From a bacterium (GTDB lineage: Bacteria > Patescibacteriota > Minisyncoccia > Phycocordibacterales > UBA9973): a stretch of DNA of 52,022 nucleotides. The notes beneath the pieces were generated by a model. That model saw nothing but the letters and a program-made list of their open reading frames with translations, was not told where the DNA came from and ran no database searches. Numbering within the stretch: the stretch's first letter is position 1; each line of letters begins with the position of its first letter. The translations under genes and the position numbers were made by a program. Positions 39,031 to 49,344 of the stretch are shown here, piece by piece. Where the stretch lies: positions 1-52,022 of the forward strand of contig JAIXRY010000003.1 in assembly GCA_027484965.1 (NCBI GenBank), written 5' to 3'.

Positions 39031-40154
39031 TATGATTCTAATTTACGAAGCGCAATACCTAAAGCGTGAGCAAATTCAGGACCGATACTTTCGAGTGTTG
39101 GAATGAGGAATGCGGGAGCATCTACTTTAATAAAAGGATTTGAAAGAAAAACTTCTGTACTCATAGTGCTAGTTGCTTCTTGCAAAAATCCTTTTAACAA
39201 AGACCCACCACCAATCAAAAATGCTTTCCCAATAGTCTTATTGTTCTTCTTCTCATAGTGTATCATTACATTGTTTGCTTCTGAAAGAATAAAATCTGTG
39301 GAAAGTCTAATTGTACGGGCAAGAGATCCGTCCATAACATCACCAACAAGTCCGTATTGTTTTTTTAATTGTTCTGCACGAGCAAATGGTACTCCTAAAG
39401 AAGTTGCAATATTTTGAGTAATATCTGCTCCACCCTTATTAATAATATGAACTTCCCTAACTACCCCATATTCAACGATTGAAAGTTTTGTTTTAGATGC
39501 ACCAAAATCAAATATCATTACAGGAGACAGTTCATGAACAATCGCTGAACGCACAGCAGAAAATGTTTCTACTTCAAAAAAACTTGAAGGTAAAGACGAT
39601 TGCTTCATAATATTTTGATATCTCTTTAATACTTCATTATGAATAACAACAACCAAAACTTCTGTCGGATTAACAGTAGATCCTCCATCTTCGTCAAGAG
39701 ATGTTGTTTCTCTTTTTGGAATCAAAAACCAATCAAGAGAGACTTCGTCTATAGGTACAGGAATGTATTTTTTTGCTTCGTTTGGAATAACTTCGGACAA
39801 GGTTTTTTCATCAATACTTGCAGGAAGTGTAAGAATAAAAACCAATGAAGATTGAGCTGGTATAGTGGCTACTAATTCTCCACTAACCATTCCAGACTCT
39901 CGAAGTACATCATTGAGCGCGATAGTAAGTGTTTCGGGTACAAGATTGGTAACCTTACCAACATCACTTTGGCCATAAGGACCGAGAGCAATCGTTCCGT
40001 ATGTTTCAAGAATAGCACGAGAACCGTCTCTACGAAGTTGAACTACTTTTATACCAGAAGTTCCAATATCAACACCAATAACACTTCCTTTCAAAGAAGT
40101 CCCTCCGAGAGCTGAACTAAAAAAAGATTTTATTTTGTTAAGTATTTCATCCAT
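39030..40154 (-). CDS. pilM: Type IV pilus assembly protein PilM
   Basis: IGVDIGTSGIKVVQL, EAKKYIP.P, FDFGASKT, LIGGGS. Start is 40154 or 40181. Confidence 0.93.
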   Translation of the reverse strand: MDEILNKIKSFFSSALGGTSLKGSVIGVDIGTSGIKVVQLRRDGSRAILETYGTIALGPYGQSDVGKVTNLVPETLTIALNDVLRESGMVSGELVATIPAQSSLVFILTLPASIDEKTLSEVIPNEAKKYIPVPIDEVSLDWFLIPKRETTSLDEDGGSTVNPTEVLVVVIHNEVLKRYQNIMKQSSLPSSFFEVETFSAVRSAIVHELSPVMIFDFGASKTKLSIVEYGVVREVHIINKGGADITQNIATSLGVPFARAEQLKKQYGLVGDVMDGSLARTIRLSTDFILSEANNVMIHYEKKNNKTIGKAFLIGGGSLLKGFLQEATSTMSTEVFLSNPFIKVDAPAFLIPTLESIGPEFAHALGIALRKLES

Positions 40155-40188
40155 AGTGTATAAATAAATTATATCATACAATATATAT

Positions 40189-40845
40189 ATGAACCTGTGG
40201 GCAAATATCCTAGATATAATCTACCCTAACTCTTGTGTTTCTTGCCGAGAAAGAGGTGCTAGAGTATGCCAAAAATGCCTTCATTTACTTAATAAATCCA
40301 AGGAACACGAATCTAAAAGAATTTACACTATTTTTGATTATAAAAATCCTATTATTAGAAAAATACTACTTGAACACAAATACAAAAACAAACACGGCGC
40401 CATAGAACCATTAATTCCCATTATCGTAGACGAACTTATAGAAATTTTTTCTGAAAAATTTGGATTAATAAATATAGAAAATATATACATCACCGAAATT
40501 CCAATGTCACAGAAAAGAATCAAAGCTCGAGATATAAATCATGGAAAAATACTTGCTCTCAAAATAGCACAAGAATGCAAAAAAAGAGGTTTTAATATAA
40601 CTCAAAAATCTTTGTTAGTAAAAAATTTTGAGACAACACCACAAGCTCAAATAAAAAATAAGAAAAATCGATTAGAAAATATAAAAGGTAGTTTTGGTTT
40701 ATTGAAAAATATAGATAAAAAAATATCATCAACAACAATTATTATTGATGATATTTCTACAACAGGAGCAACACTTCTTGAAGCGGAGAAAATATTACGC
40801 AAAGACGGTTACAAAAAAATTTTACTACTATCTATTGCTCATTAG
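40189..40845 (+). CDS. comF: ComF family competence protein (Zn finger plus PRTase)
   Basis: CVSC...CQKC and IIIDDISTTGATL. Confidence 0.9.
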   Translation: MNLWANILDIIYPNSCVSCRERGARVCQKCLHLLNKSKEHESKRIYTIFDYKNPIIRKILLEHKYKNKHGAIEPLIPIIVDELIEIFSEKFGLINIENIYITEIPMSQKRIKARDINHGKILALKIAQECKKRGFNITQKSLLVKNFETTPQAQIKNKKNRLENIKGSFGLLKNIDKKISSTTIIIDDISTTGATLLEAEKILRKDGYKKILLLSIAH

Positions 40846-41014
40846 CATTAAAAGCTGCAACAGAAGCATTCCCTCCTAACTGATCTTCCATTTCTCCAGC
40901 AACAAAAGCTTCTAATTTTTTAGACATAAACCAAAAAATTAAAACTATAGATAAAATAATAAGCCCAATAATGGCAGCATTTGATGCTTTGCCAGAGTTA
41001 TATAATTTCTTCAT
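40832..41014 (-). CDS. Small single-TM protein
   Basis: 60 aa with a hydrophobic helix; TACAAT 8 nt before the ATG. Confidence 0.6.
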   Translation of the reverse strand: MKKLYNSGKASNAAIIGLIILSIVLIFWFMSKKLEAFVAGEMEDQLGGNASVAAFNANEQ

Positions 41015-41061
41015 ACGTACTTATTGTACGCTCTTTTTATTAAAAACTCTTGTGCAAAAGT

Positions 41062-41433
41062 CTATAAAAATATTTTTGGAATAAATATAACAAGTCCAAT
41101 AACAAGTGCTACAACACTAGAAATAAGCACAGCTCCAGCTGCAACATCTTTTGTGTCTTTTGCATATGGATGATAATTGGGAGAAGTAAGATCTATATCT
41201 ATTTCTATGGCAGTATTAAAAGCCTCACTTACTAACACTAATCCAATAACAGAGATTATTGATGTCCATTCGGAAATACTTATATTATAATAAATACCCA
41301 AAAACAGAGTCACTAAGGTTGCTACTATATGTATCCAGAAATTTTCTTGAGTTTGAAGAATGAGAGATATTCCTCTTGTTGCATGAGTAAAGCTTTTTGC
41401 TCTTCTAATAATATTAAAATCTTTTTTCTTCAT
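41062..41433 (-). CDS. dgkA: Diacylglycerol/undecaprenol kinase (DgkA family)
   Basis: [28 protein letters not shown]. Confidence 0.92.
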   Translation of the reverse strand: MKKKDFNIIRRAKSFTHATRGISLILQTQENFWIHIVATLVTLFLGIYYNISISEWTSIISVIGLVLVSEAFNTAIEIDIDLTSPNYHPYAKDTKDVAAGAVLISSVVALVIGLVIFIPKIFL

Positions 41434-41791
41434 ATTGTTTTCCAGGAATAAATTTCATTGATATAGAATTCACGCAATGTCTCAAATCTTTTTCTGTTAA
41501 ACCTTCTCCTACAAACAAGTGACCTAGATGTCCTCCGCATTTTGAACAAGTAATTTCTGTTCTTAATCCATCAGAATCAAGACTTTTATGTATTGCTCCT
41601 AGTATTTCATCATCAAAACTAGGCCATCCACAAGTCGATTCAAATTTATCTTTTGAATTATAGAGAGGTGCTTCACACTGTCTACAAACATAAATACCTG
41701 TTTCTTTATTGTTTACATATTCTCCTATAAAAGGTGCTTCTGTCCCCTTTTCTAAGATAACTCTTTTTTCTTCTGGTGTGAGTGTATTCAT
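41414..41791 (-). CDS. msrB: Methionine-R-sulfoxide reductase
   Basis: [32 protein letters not shown]. Confidence 0.96.
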   Translation of the reverse strand: MNTLTPEEKRVILEKGTEAPFIGEYVNNKETGIYVCRQCEAPLYNSKDKFESTCGWPSFDDEILGAIHKSLDSDGLRTEITCSKCGGHLGHLFVGEGLTEKDLRHCVNSISMKFIPGKQYEEKRF

Positions 41792-41834
41792 GGAGTCATT
41801 TTACGTTTTATTTTTTACAGGCGCAAATAATTAA

Positions 41835-42461
41835 TTATTTTAATAAATTAAATAATTTTGTATCTACAATTTTTTCACCAGAATCATCTGTAAAAAGTAT
41901 TCTCAAACTTATTTTATCAACACAAACCACATTCTCCCATTTTATGTCTTTTAATATATTGGAAGAATTTTCAATATCGTTCATTTCAGCAACTGTCATA
42001 TGAGGAATAAATTCATCTTTACAAAACGGGTACCCGTAAGTTTTTGCATAAAACAACTCTCTTTCTGAATAAAATTCAGCCTTTTCAATGTATTTGCTTT
42101 TTAACATACCTTCTCGAAGAGGATTTAGCAGATCAATAATTTTATTTTGTAAATATTCAATCTCTGGTGTTTTTTTAAAAACAACAGAGATAAATTTTGA
42201 TTTAATATTTAATCTCTCTGGTAATAAATTTATTATTGAAATATTTTCTGAGATATCTTTTATAATATTTTCTATAATATACATATTGTGTTCTGGGAAA
42301 TTAGCATTATATAAAGATATGTGAGCATAATTTTTAACTCCTTCTTCAATTTTTTTTATAGAAAAATTTTTAATTAAATTTTCATTTAATTTTAAAACAC
42401 AATCTTCTGTTTTATATTCTGGTATTAATGTTATTGATATAAATAATTTTTTTGTTTCCAT
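41835..42461 (-). CDS. 2H phosphoesterase family protein
   Basis: Two HxT/S motifs: AHISL and PHMTV. Confidence 0.75.
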   Translation of the reverse strand: METKKLFISITLIPEYKTEDCVLKLNENLIKNFSIKKIEEGVKNYAHISLYNANFPEHNMYIIENIIKDISENISIINLLPERLNIKSKFISVVFKKTPEIEYLQNKIIDLLNPLREGMLKSKYIEKAEFYSERELFYAKTYGYPFCKDEFIPHMTVAEMNDIENSSNILKDIKWENVVCVDKISLRILFTDDSGEKIVDTKLFNLLK

Positions 42462-42473
42462 AATTTATTTAAT

Positions 42474-43073
42474 TTATATTCTTTTATATTTTTTAATAAG
42501 AAAATGTGCAGATACAAATAATATTGAAAACACAATAATTAAAAATATAACCAGCATAGAATTTTTTCCTAAAAACTTTTCAATTAAATTTCCAGCATAG
42601 ACACCTACAAAAGCCCACAATATTGACCCAATAAAGCTAAAGAGAATGTACTTACGAATATTAACACCACGAGCCGCGGCAATAATAGAAGGTGTTGAAC
42701 GAATTACAGGAATGAGTTTTCCAAAAATAGTAATAATCATTATATGTCTATCAAACAAATCCCAATTCTTTTGATGTTTTTCATTTTCAATAATTTTGCG
42801 AACCCAACTTATATTTTTGAATTTCTTTCCAATAAAAAACCCAACCATATCTCCACCAAAACTACTTAACCCTATTAAAAAAATAGTGCCAAATAAAGGT
42901 AGGATACCTTGATTAACTAGAGTTCCCGCAAATATAGAAATAGTACCCCCTGGTAAAATAGAACCTATAACAGGAAGTCCTTCAAAAAAAGAAGTTAGGG
43001 ATATTATAAATAATTGAAGCCCTATAGGTACAGAGATTAAAAAATCTGTAATTGCAGTAGAAAATGATTCCAT
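42474..43073 (-). CDS. DedA family membrane protein
   Basis: FFEG...ILPG, GD.VGFFIG, GKLIPVIRS. Confidence 0.9.
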   Translation of the reverse strand: MESFSTAITDFLISVPIGLQLFIISLTSFFEGLPVIGSILPGGTISIFAGTLVNQGILPLFGTIFLIGLSSFGGDMVGFFIGKKFKNISWVRKIIENEKHQKNWDLFDRHIMIITIFGKLIPVIRSTPSIIAAARGVNIRKYILFSFIGSILWAFVGVYAGNLIEKFLGKNSMLVIFLIIVFSILFVSAHFLIKKYKRI

Positions 43074-43206
43074 ATAATTTAGTTTATCATATAATACATA
43101 TATATTTAAAATTCTATCGATGCGAGTTGATAGCCATCTATGTTACTAGAGACCATTATAAGACATATTTATAATACTTTATATTTTATATAGATAACTA
43201 ATCTAT

Positions 43207-44994
43207 CTAGTAATATGAGAAAGTGTTGTTTTTAGAGACAACTCCTGCAGATGTTGGAGAAAAGTTTTTAGGATTATCACTTTTATAAGCTGACCGGTCG
43301 ATAGAAACAATCGGAAGATCGGAATCCCCAAGAGCTTTACCTTCTTCATCATTGTGTCCATGAATAACTAGATTCACCCCGAGAGTCTTCAGTTTTTCTT
43401 TTATGTCCCGCTTTTGTTCATTAGAAAGACTTTGATCTTCTGAAAAATTTATCCGTGACTGACTACTTGTTGAAATAAAGAAATCTCGAATCTTATTGAA
43501 GTTATCTATTTGAGCAAGACTTAACTCATCTTGTCTATCATCAACATAAGCCGACAAACAATGTGTGTAAAAAGCATTTATATTTTTTATTGCTTCACCA
43601 ATATTACCGCTAGAGTTTGTATTTTTAAATATAATCTCAGTCATATCTTTCGTTAGATTTGTGTGAACATATAAAGTATCATCATACATCGAAATAAGCT
43701 TTTGCTGCTTAATTGATTCAAGAATTTTTGGATTCGAAGATTTTAAACTCTCTTTTATTTGAGTTCTATTTTCCAATATTTTTGCTCCGATTAAATTTTG
43801 GACTGTTTTAGGTAAAAATTCACTTACAGAAAGAACCTCTTCTATAGAAGTAGAGTCATTTATATTTTCAAAAAAAATAGATTTTTTCTTTAAGCTTTCT
43901 ATTGTATTAATCCACTGATTAATATCATTTTTATTAAAAGACCCATCAGGAGATTGCATTATTCGCAAAGTTTTTTCTTTCCTTTTTATTGTCTCTTGTA
44001 AATCATTTAAAATAGAATCTTTTTTATTAATAACTTCAGAAATTATAAGAGTCCTTTCTTTCTCAGGAAGAAAACTTGCGAGTTCAAGATTGCCTGAATA
44101 TTGATTCAATCTTTTTTGCATATCTACATCAACAGAAACACCGAACTCTGTAGAAAAGCCAGTAAGTACTGCATTGAACATATTTTCATGATTACCAGAA
44201 AGCCAAGTAACATCTCCACTTTTAATTTGCGCTTGTTCTTTTAGTTTTAATAATGATTCATAAATCTTAAGTCCTTCAGGTGTTCTGTCTCCAAGTATAT
44301 CCCCTACAAATACCACCTTCTTATCATTCCCCTTCCAGACAAGTTCTCCATTCTCAGAAGAAACTAAATCTCGATTCAATAAATGTTCAACAAACCCCAA
44401 ATAAGAACCATTCAGGTCACCAATCGCTTCTTGATCATGTTTTCTTTCAATCTCTGGAAGAGAAATTGTTCTTTCTAATAGTATTTCTTGACCTATAAAT
44501 TCTTCAGATTTTTCCTGTAGTGCATCATGATGAATTACATCTTCTTTAGAAGACTCTTTAGGAACACCTATTTCTTCGCGGATTTTTTCTATTTGTTCTT
44601 TTTCTTGTGATTCTCTATCAAGTTGTTGTTCAGCTTTTTCCCATTCGGATTCACTAAAGTAAAGGATGGCAGTTCTAATCCTTTGGTTTTTTATATTTTC
44701 ATCCTCATTTACACTAAGTGTTCGTTTTATTAAAAATTCTTCGAGAATTGGAAAAGGAAGAGGTTTGTTTTTATTATCTCTACAAGAGGAAGGGACCGCC
44801 TCATAAAATTTTTGTTTTATACTATTATAAATAGCGCCATCTACAGTAACTCCTTGTAAAATATTTTCTATTGTTTCTGATCCGTTTTTAATTCGATCAA
44901 AATACTCCTCAGTTTTTCCGGAGAATAATTCATTATTTTGTTGCAGTTTTTTATCACCTTCAAACTTTTCATTTTGATTCATATACTGGCTCAT
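43207..44994 (-). CDS. Large calcineurin-like metallophosphoesterase
   Basis: GDLNG, VGDILGDR, SGNHE, YVHT, IHGH and SID motifs separated by a long helical insert. Confidence 0.8.
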   Translation of the reverse strand: MSQYMNQNEKFEGDKKLQQNNELFSGKTEEYFDRIKNGSETIENILQGVTVDGAIYNSIKQKFYEAVPSSCRDNKNKPLPFPILEEFLIKRTLSVNEDENIKNQRIRTAILYFSESEWEKAEQQLDRESQEKEQIEKIREEIGVPKESSKEDVIHHDALQEKSEEFIGQEILLERTISLPEIERKHDQEAIGDLNGSYLGFVEHLLNRDLVSSENGELVWKGNDKKVVFVGDILGDRTPEGLKIYESLLKLKEQAQIKSGDVTWLSGNHENMFNAVLTGFSTEFGVSVDVDMQKRLNQYSGNLELASFLPEKERTLIISEVINKKDSILNDLQETIKRKEKTLRIMQSPDGSFNKNDINQWINTIESLKKKSIFFENINDSTSIEEVLSVSEFLPKTVQNLIGAKILENRTQIKESLKSSNPKILESIKQQKLISMYDDTLYVHTNLTKDMTEIIFKNTNSSGNIGEAIKNINAFYTHCLSAYVDDRQDELSLAQIDNFNKIRDFFISTSSQSRINFSEDQSLSNEQKRDIKEKLKTLGVNLVIHGHNDEEGKALGDSDLPIVSIDRSAYKSDNPKNFSPTSAGVVSKNNTFSYY

Positions 44995-45080
44995 TATAGC
45001 TAATTTTACATGAAATATAAATCGATCACTTTATAACTCTTCAAAATACTTGAGAAATGAATATTTTCCACTGCCAGTAT

Positions 45081-45133
45081 TTTGCGGAGGTGGGTTCATA
45101 GTCGCTTCGCTCCTTAAACTACACTCTCGCAAA
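45081..45133. repeat. Imperfect palindromic repeat beginning with a copy of the tRNA-Ser 3' end
   Basis: TTTGCGGAGG repeats 45159-45168; 45082-45129 is 39/48 identical to 51605-51652. Confidence 0.7.
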
Positions 45134-45162
45134 TTATAGTCGTACAAGCATTCCTTAATTTG

Positions 45163-45249
45163 CGGAGGATGTGAGATTCGAACTCACGGGCCGAATTACC
45201 AGCCGACGGTTTAGTAAACCGTTGATTTAAACCACTCATCCAATCCTCC
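45163..45249 (-). tRNA. tRNA-Ser, anticodon ACT
   Basis: Acceptor GGAGGAT/ATCCTCC, G73, D-arm GAT..ATC, anticodon arm ACGGT-TTACTAA-ACCGT, long variable arm, T-arm GTGAG-TTCGAAT-CTCAC. Confidence 0.92.
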
Positions 45250-45341
45250 GTATATTTAAATATTATAAAGATAATAACATAAAATTAATACAAAATAAAC
45301 CTTATAAAATTATTATAAAATGTGCTATATTTTAACGTATT

Positions 45342-45428
45342 GGAGCCGTGTCAGAGCGGTCTAACGTACCTCTTTGCTAAAGAGGCAGGGTGTAAAAAAC
45401 CTCGGGAGTTCGAATCTCCCCGGCTCCG
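45342..45428 (+). tRNA. tRNA-Ser, anticodon GCT
   Basis: Acceptor GGAGCCG/CGGCTCC, G73, CCTCT-TTGCTAA-AGAGG, long variable arm, GGGAG-TTCGAAT-CTCCC; weak D-stem. Confidence 0.93.
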
Positions 45429-45502
45429 CAATTTAAAAATAATACAATATAGATTCTAAATAATGGTCCAAGCGTTAGACTAAAAGTAATGCAAAAAAAT
45501 TA

Positions 45503-46183
45503 TCATTTTTCAATCTCTTCTAAAACAGCATCTAGTAAATTATCTTCTATAATTTTTGCATACCCTTCTTTGTTTGGATGAATACGATCCTCTAGCATCA
45601 AATCTGAATTCAAGAAAACACTACTCACAACAAAAGGTACCAGTGGTAAGTTGTATTTTTTGGACAAGCTTTCGTAAACAGCATCAAATTCTTTTTTATA
45701 TGTAAATCCAGCATTAAGTGGTGACTGTATTTTTAATAGTAATATTTTTGGTTTATTTTGAGCACTTTGTAATATTTGAATAGTGCTCTCCATATTTTTT
45801 TTAACTTCTTCTACAGGAAGAGCTCTTAAGGCATCGTTCCCTCCAATACCCCAGATAACCATATCTGCATTTTGTTCTTTAATAAAATTAGCTCGTTCAT
45901 TATTACCTTTAGTAGTTTCTCCACTAATTCCGGCATTTATAACATTCACTTCTAAACCTTTTGTTTTTAGTCTTTCTTCTAGTTGTGCTGGATAGCTCTC
46001 ATATAAAGGCAACCCATAGCCAGCCGTCAAACTATCACCAAAAGCTACTATAGTATATGCAGACTCATTATTATTGGTTTTTAGTACAGTATTTTTTTTG
46101 TCAGGACGAAGGTAGAAAAACCATATTAAAAATAATACTAGAAATAAAAACCCAAAAAATGAAATAATTTTAACGTTCTTCAT
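45503..46183 (-). CDS. tesA: SGNH/GDSL arylesterase (TesA-like) with N-terminal membrane anchor
   Basis: FGDSLTAGYGL, NAGISGETT, GGNDALR, DRIHPN. Confidence 0.92.
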   Translation of the reverse strand: MKNVKIISFFGFLFLVLFLIWFFYLRPDKKNTVLKTNNNESAYTIVAFGDSLTAGYGLPLYESYPAQLEERLKTKGLEVNVINAGISGETTKGNNERANFIKEQNADMVIWGIGGNDALRALPVEEVKKNMESTIQILQSAQNKPKILLLKIQSPLNAGFTYKKEFDAVYESLSKKYNLPLVPFVVSSVFLNSDLMLEDRIHPNKEGYAKIIEDNLLDAVLEEIEK

Positions 46184-48656
46184 AAGATAATAATTCTCTT
46201 AATGGTTTTTTGTCACTGCGCCATAGTACTTTAGCTAAAATAAATACAAATAACACTATAAAACATATAGTAATAACAAGCTCTATATCATAAAAAACTA
46301 TAGTTTTAATTTTAAAGAAATATTTCGTAATAAACAAGCTTGCTAGTATTGCAGTAAAATAACCCAAGATACTACTAAGTAATGTGTTGGAAATAGATTC
46401 TATATAGTAAGATTTTTCAATAAAAGTATTTCTTGCACCCAGAGCCATGAGCTGAGCACTTTGTTTTCTTCTGGCTGCAAAAGAAGAGATAATCAGTGTG
46501 ATTATTAAAAATGAAGACAAAATCAAAGGTGGTAAAGATATTATATATATTATAATAAGCAATCCTCCAATCAAATTTTCTGCAAAATTCGCTATTTCTT
46601 TTGTGTCTATTGTAGAGATGTTTTGGAAATTTTGTGCTAAATAATTTATAAGTGTATTTTTTTCTTCATCCTCCAAGTAAGTATATCCAAAAAAAGTAGC
46701 TGGATACTTTTCTAAATCAGTAGGATTAAAAACAAAATAGAAAAACGGTAAGCCGCTTCTGGAGTCTGATTCTCTTATACTTGTAACAGTACTTTTTATT
46801 TCAAAACCAGATACAGAGAAAACCACAACAGAACCTAGTTTAATATTTGATCTATCAGCGAATTCTTTTTCTACTGAAACTTCATTAATTTCTCCATTAA
46901 GCCAATCTCCTTTCACCACCTTTTCGTTTGCTAGCAAATCTGAACGGTAAGTCAGATTGTATTCTCTACCCAATTCTCTACTAACAGAACCATCAGAAAG
47001 TGCTATTGATTTTTGAATATCAATATTGTCTATAGATAAAATTCGAGCTCCTACATTAGGAAAAAGTACAACTTCTTTAAAATTCTCTTTTATAGCTTCT
47101 ATTTGAGATTTTTGAATATCGACAATATACGTAGAAGGCAATTTATCCCCTAGGTCGGCTTTAATAAAAGTTGTTAGAGTGGATTGCAACAGAATAAGCA
47201 AAGACATCGAAGTTAACGCGACATACAGTGAAGTCAGAGACACAACACCAAAAAGTCCGTCAGAAAACTTAAATGCTATCAAACTACGAAATAAGAATGT
47301 AAATTTATTTCTTTTTTTATATATAAATAAAATCAAATAATAAAAAATTATAGCCAGGACAAGATAAATAAGAATAATAGACAAGATACTCAAAAATCCA
47401 TAAAAGAAACTTTCTAGCAAAAAGATAGAAATAATAATAAGAGGTATCAGACTAGATAAAGTAATAATAATAAAGTTAATAAAAGTTTTTTTACTTTTTT
47501 TCTCTTGACCTCCAGAAAGTAACATCTTTGGATTAAGACTCATCAAATTTCTCAAACTTGGAATAAAAGAAGCGAATGAAATACCAAAAACAATAAGCAC
47601 TGTAAAAATACCAGGCAAAAACAGCCCTACAGAAGGAAGAACGAGGTCGAAGTTCTTAGTGATTTCATCTAAAATAAAATTAAAAAATAAAACCGACAAG
47701 ACTCCTCCAATCAGAGTTGATAGGATTAAAGTATATAATAATGAAAAAGATAGAGTGGTGGCTAATTTGTTTTTATTAAAACCAATAGAAAGCAATACTG
47801 CAAAACTTTTTCGCATAATAGTTAAGAAGTACACCATCCCTGCGTAAATGTTTACAGCAGACAAAACACAAGACAACAAAACCACTAGTACCAAAAATTG
47901 TTTTACCAAAGACAGCCCTTCAATTAAACCAGACTCTGTTATACCCGATATTTCTATTTTGACTTTACTATCACGAGCTCTAGAAATAATTTCATTTAAA
48001 GTAGCATTATCAGCACTTTCTATTGAATATACGTATGTATATTCAGAGCGTAATAAAGCCTTATCAATACCCGCCCTTTCAAATCCTTCTTTACTAATAA
48101 CCACCTTCGGTAAAAAATTAAATCCTGATAGTAAGTTTTTACTATCTTTACTTATTATCCCAGCCACAACAAAAGGTATATTTGCATAAACAACCTCTTC
48201 TCCTTTTTTTACATTCAACTTTGTAGCTGCATTTGTGTCTATATATATTTCATTATTTTTTGGAGTTCGAAAAGAATCATTTTCAATAGTTAACCCTCCA
48301 TAAACTGGATAATTAGAATCTACTACCGTTAATGATACTGGAGTATTTGAAGCTTCTTTGATTAAGATACCAGAAAAATCATACTGACTAGAGTAATCTA
48401 AAATAGTTATATCTTTACCTAAAATTTGATCGAGCTTGCTTTGTGTTAGCTCATAGTTAGACTCAATAGAAATATCTCCACCAATTAATTCTTTATTCTT
48501 TTCTTCTAAAAAGACAGCACTAGAATTAGTAAAAAGTAGCACAGTAAGAACTACGAGAGTAGTAAACGTGAGAGACAAAAAAGGCAAAACAAATTTCCTC
48601 CATTCTCTAAATAGAATACGAAAACTGTATGTAAATATTGTTTTTAAATTATACAC
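46170..48656 (-). CDS. YbbP-like (FtsX/MacB-type) ABC permease
   Basis: 828 aa with duplicated TM/extracytoplasmic halves; LIGGDI, YPVYG, YIVDIQKSQ, REYNLTYR. Confidence 0.85.
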   Translation of the reverse strand: MYNLKTIFTYSFRILFREWRKFVLPFLSLTFTTLVVLTVLLFTNSSAVFLEEKNKELIGGDISIESNYELTQSKLDQILGKDITILDYSSQYDFSGILIKEASNTPVSLTVVDSNYPVYGGLTIENDSFRTPKNNEIYIDTNAATKLNVKKGEEVVYANIPFVVAGIISKDSKNLLSGFNFLPKVVISKEGFERAGIDKALLRSEYTYVYSIESADNATLNEIISRARDSKVKIEISGITESGLIEGLSLVKQFLVLVVLLSCVLSAVNIYAGMVYFLTIMRKSFAVLLSIGFNKNKLATTLSFSLLYTLILSTLIGGVLSVLFFNFILDEITKNFDLVLPSVGLFLPGIFTVLIVFGISFASFIPSLRNLMSLNPKMLLSGGQEKKSKKTFINFIIITLSSLIPLIIISIFLLESFFYGFLSILSIILIYLVLAIIFYYLILFIYKKRNKFTFLFRSLIAFKFSDGLFGVVSLTSLYVALTSMSLLILLQSTLTTFIKADLGDKLPSTYIVDIQKSQIEAIKENFKEVVLFPNVGARILSIDNIDIQKSIALSDGSVSRELGREYNLTYRSDLLANEKVVKGDWLNGEINEVSVEKEFADRSNIKLGSVVVFSVSGFEIKSTVTSIRESDSRSGLPFFYFVFNPTDLEKYPATFFGYTYLEDEEKNTLINYLAQNFQNISTIDTKEIANFAENLIGGLLIIIYIISLPPLILSSFLIITLIISSFAARRKQSAQLMALGARNTFIEKSYYIESISNTLLSSILGYFTAILASLFITKYFFKIKTIVFYDIELVITICFIVLFVFILAKVLWRSDKKPLRELLSYEER

Positions 48657-49344
48657 TTGTTTTTTCTTGTAAATTTTTATCTTTTAATTCTATTATCCTA
48701 TCCATTTTTTCGGCTATACTCATATCATGAGTAATAACAATAAGTGTTTTAGAGAGTTTACTTACCTCTTTTAAGAGAAGATCAAAAACCATCTCCCCTG
48801 TTTTCCTGTCGAGACTTCCAGTCGGTTCATCTGCTAAAATAATATCTGTATTTGAAGCTAAAGCTCGAGCAATAGCAACTCTTTGTTTTTCCCCTCCTGA
48901 TAAAGTGCTAGGGAAAGAGTCTTTACGCCCACTAAGACCTACTTCTTCTAATAAATTATTTGCAGTACTTTTTATCTCTATATCTGAGATATTACCTCTT
49001 ATATCAAGAGGTGCTCTAATATTTTCATATGCAGTAAAAGGACTAATTAATTCAAAAGATTGAAATATTATCGAAACCTCACGATTACGGTAATCAGAAA
49101 GTTCTTTTTCTGAAAGATTATTTATTTGTATATCTTTTACAAATATTTCTCCTTCAGTAGGTTTATCTAGACCCGCCAACAAAGACAGAAGTGTTGATTT
49201 TCCACTACCAGAAGCACCTACAATGGCTATTTTTTCTCCGTGCCTTATTTCAAGGTCTGTATTCTCAAAAATAACAAGAGGTGCACCATTATCCGTAAAC
49301 TCTTTTTTTAATTTTTTTATCTTTATAATTATATCTTTTTGCAT
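48649..49344 (-). CDS. YbbA/LolD-like ABC ATPase
   Basis: GASGSGKSTLL, LSGGEKQRVAIARAL, ADEPTG. Confidence 0.93.
   Translation of the reverse strand: MQKDIIIKIKKLKKEFTDNGAPLVIFENTDLEIRHGEKIAIVGASGSGKSTLLSLLAGLDKPTEGEIFVKDIQINNLSEKELSDYRNREVSIIFQSFELISPFTAYENIRAPLDIRGNISDIEIKSTANNLLEEVGLSGRKDSFPSTLSGGEKQRVAIARALASNTDIILADEPTGSLDRKTGEMVFDLLLKEVSKLSKTLIVITHDMSIAEKMDRIIELKDKNLQEKTSV

Noticed and set aside
40832..41014. Small protein as an additional pilin
   Set aside because: After NSG it lacks a hydrophobic +1 residue and Glu5, so it was kept as a generic TM protein.
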